Below, in pieces: positions 61,059-64,000 of a stretch of DNA of 64,000 nt (position 1 is the stretch's first letter; each line of letters opens with the position of its first letter). The DNA comes from Haliotis rubra. Its lineage: Eukaryota. The notes beneath the pieces were generated by a model that made no database searches, was not told the origin of the DNA, and worked only from the letters and a program-made list of their open reading frames with translations. The stretch lies in assembly GCF_003918875.1 (NCBI RefSeq), contig NW_025765021.1, positions 124,001 through 188,000 of the forward strand, given 5' to 3'. The translations under genes were made by a program, and so were the position numbers.

Positions 61059-61619
61059 TCATCATGTTTTATAGTCATTCATTACCTCATGGCTATTATA
61101 TAAATATACTTATTTAACAAATATGTGTCACTTGTATTTCATTAGATAAAACTGATTCAAATGTTCTAGAAAGTGTTAATTGAATAGTTGGTCTACCGTT
61201 GAAGATACATAAAACACTCTGATCAAATGAACAACACGAGCCAAGACTTGGATGCACTTACAGATGGAAACTTTTGCCTACTTTTTCTCACATTACAAGT
61301 GAAGATCGTACGCCAACCTCGAAAAGCTTGACCGTTGTTGCACCTGCAGTTTGTTGAATAGTATCATCACTTTCTCATTGCTATAATCACTACCTTTCAA
61401 TTGTGTTGACAATGTATTCATACTGCTATTTGTTTTGTACTTTCTGTCTATTTTTTCTGCCGTTAGTATTCCTTTATAATGATTTGTAAATTTAGTTGAT
61501 CTCAAAATACAATAATACTATTGTTAAGTATATCAGATTTCTTTGTTGTGTGTTGGCTTCACTGCGAATCCTTTTGCTACAAGTTTCCGGTTGACCGACA
61601 CGTAACATACTTTAACCTT

Positions 61620-64000
61620 TGAAACTGAAAAACAATGACTTTCTTCCAGAGTTATCTACCCTCTTCGCAACACACTCCAAAACTATACAGTAATTCTTGG
61701 CGACTTTAATGTGCACTTCAACACTCGTGAGAAGTCCGAGGTCAAGAAATACATTCAGCTACTGAATACTTATTCCCTTACCCAGCATGTGTCTGTCGCC
61801 ACACACAAATCTGGCAACATTCTTGACTGGATTATCACACACAGCAGCTGCAATATTATCAAAGATGTCGAAGTCATCGATCGCCAAATGTCTGACCACT
61901 TCAATGTCTTGTTTGCTATTGACTTAATTAAGCCAAACAACAAGCATTCAATCTTGATGTGTCGAAACATCAAGAAGATTCAGCCAGATAGTTTCAGACT
62001 TGACTTGGTTAATTCAAACCTCCTCACTGATCCTCCCCCTGATGTTGAGGACCATGTTGTCCCTTTCCATGACACCCTCACATCTCTTCTAGACAAACAT
62101 GCTCCGGCAGTTGAGAAGAATGTGATACTTCGTCCTCATGCTCCATGGTATGACGAGTCCATTCGTCGTTCTAAGACACAACGGCGCAGAGCAGGTCAGT
62201 GGCGTAAGACACGCCTGGAAATTCACAGGCAGATATATCAACAGTGCCGAAATGCTACCACCTCTTTAATCATCTCTGCTAAAAGGAAATATTGTCTTCA
62301 CAGTATACAGAATAGTATGGGGAAACCTGCTTCCCTTTACAGGTTTATGAATAAACTGCTTGGTAAAGGAGGTGATGGTGATAGAGTACCTCCCGGACAA
62401 AGTCACATGGAACTCGCAGACTCGTTCAACTCATTTTTCATTTCAAAGATTGATACCATTCGACAAGGACTTTCAGCCAAGGAAGTTGATAGGTGTTTCA
62501 GTGAACCTCTTTTCACAGGCGATCCACTAACACAGTTTGCACCCTTCACCCCCAAGGACATTGAATCAATTATCCGCTCTTCAAAGCCTACCACTTGCGA
62601 CTCCGACCCCATACCAACTAAACTTCTGTTTCAATATCTTGACTTGTTGCTGCCAAGCATTACCAAAATTGTCAACTCAAGTTTGGGGAGTAGTGTATTT
62701 CCATCCAGATTCAAACATGCTGTAGTCAAACCTCTGCTAAAGAAACCTGATCTTGACTCTCAGAATCTTCAGAACTATCGACCTGTCTCAAATTTATCCT
62801 TCATTTCCAAGATAATTGAGAAGGCCGTGCATGTCAGACTCAAAGACCATCTCTCTAAACATCTTCTGCTTGATGAATTCCAGTCAGCGTATCGGCAATA
62901 CTATAGTACGGAGGCTGCGTTACTGCAAGTGACGAATGGGCTTCGTTGTGCTGGGTAGGATTGAGGGTAGGATTGCTGCTCTAGTGTTGTTGGACCTCTC
63001 TGCAGCCTTCGACACAATCGATCACCATAGGCTCTTGTCCAGGCTCACACAACAGTACGGACTTGAAGGTCATGCCCTTCAATGGGTGACGTCTTATCTG
63101 TCTGACCGACAGCAATCTGTTGTTGTTGGCACTGAGAGATCAAAAGGCACTGTACTCACATGTGGGGTGCCACAGGGATCAGTCCTTGGTCCAGTCCTGT
63201 TTGTGTTGTATACCGGATATGTCGGAAGGATTACTACAGACCACACAGTTTCTCATCATGCCTACGCTGATGACACCCAGCTCCTGAAAGCATTTCATCT
63301 GTCAGATCTATCTACGTCCCTTCAGTGCATCGCTGAATGTACGCAGGACATCAAGTGCTGGATGACGGGAAACATGCTTTAACTTAATGACACAAAAACA
63401 GAAGCAGTTCTCATTGGTACAAAGCAACAACTCAGCAAGGTCAAAACCGACACCCTTACAGTCGCAGACTCTGACGTCAGATTCTCTGATGTGGTTAAGG
63501 ACTTGGGTGTCCACATCGACTCTTCCTTGACTCTGGATGCTCATGTTAACCGTCTGAGCAGGACCTGCTACTTTCACCTAAGATCCATTGGCAACATTCG
63601 GCAATACCTGACAACTGCTGCAACTCAAGCCCTTGTTCGAGCTCTTGTTACATCTAGGCTTGATTACTGTAACAGCATCCTTTCAGGCCTCAGTTCTAAA
63701 CTCCTTGATAAGTTTCAGAAGATCCAAAATACTTCCGCCCGCATCATCAGCAAGACTTCTAAACGTTCCCAAATAACACCAGTGTTGAAAGAACTGCATT
63801 GGCTACCAGTTAGGGCCAGAATTGACTTTAAGATCCTCTGTCTGACATACAAGTGCCTCCATGGTTTGGCTCCCTCCTACTTGTCTGAACTCCTACATCC
63901 GTATGTCCCTGCACGCAACTTGCGCTCAAACACACAAAACCGACTGGTCATCCCATCCTACAAACTGAAATCCTTCGGACACCGCTCATTCTCTTACTCC
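61620..64000 (+). mobile_element. L2-clade LINE ORF2 (EN-RT), disrupted, runs off the window
   Basis: ILGDFNVH, SDHF, NYRPVSNLSFISK, QSAYR, LLDLSAAFDTIDH, GVPQGSVLGP, YADDTQL, LHWLPV; frameshift near 62950 and stop at 63380. Confidence 0.9.

Larger units (their letters stand above)
60135..61280 (+). pseudogene. TLR remnant D (last about 16 codons plus 3' UTR), opposite orientation
   Basis: GAT GAA GAA AGG CTG TGG CAG GAG GTC AGC CAG TAC ATC AGG ATT TGA (DEERLWQEVSQYIRI*, 60138-60185), then sequence homologous to the TLR A 3' UTR, split by two SINEs. Confidence 0.8.

Overview
AT-rich, repeat-dense eukaryotic (animal) genomic DNA with one 175-N gap (24945-25119). The SINE and LINE repertoire and the TLR type suggest a mollusc, probably a gastropod such as abalone (inference). 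Host genes, all on the minus strand: (i) an 8-exon SLC16/MCT-like MFS transporter of about 582 aa at 15501-26212, reconstructed by hand from GT-AG sites with consistent phases; (ii) the first coding exon of a second SLC16-like paralog at 1363-1639; (iii) a Toll-like receptor cluster. The cluster holds one intact 827-aa TLR (50261-52744), one TLR with a single +1 frameshift in the TIR domain (33007-35503), and two TLR remnants joined head-to-head at about 60115-60135. The rest is mobile DNA: Nimb/I-clade LINEs (nested), L2, RTEX-like, CR1, Penelope-like, Gypsy, MULE and Tc1 remnants, MITEs, several SINE families and a 34-bp satellite. No CRISPR, rRNA or true tRNA genes are supported. Most worth following up: a non-tRNA short retroelement whose precise 5' end is a covarying multi-stem/pseudoknot RNA, minimal hammerhead-ribozyme palindromes, the SLC16-like protein with a long mucin-like first loop, and TLR birth-and-death events.
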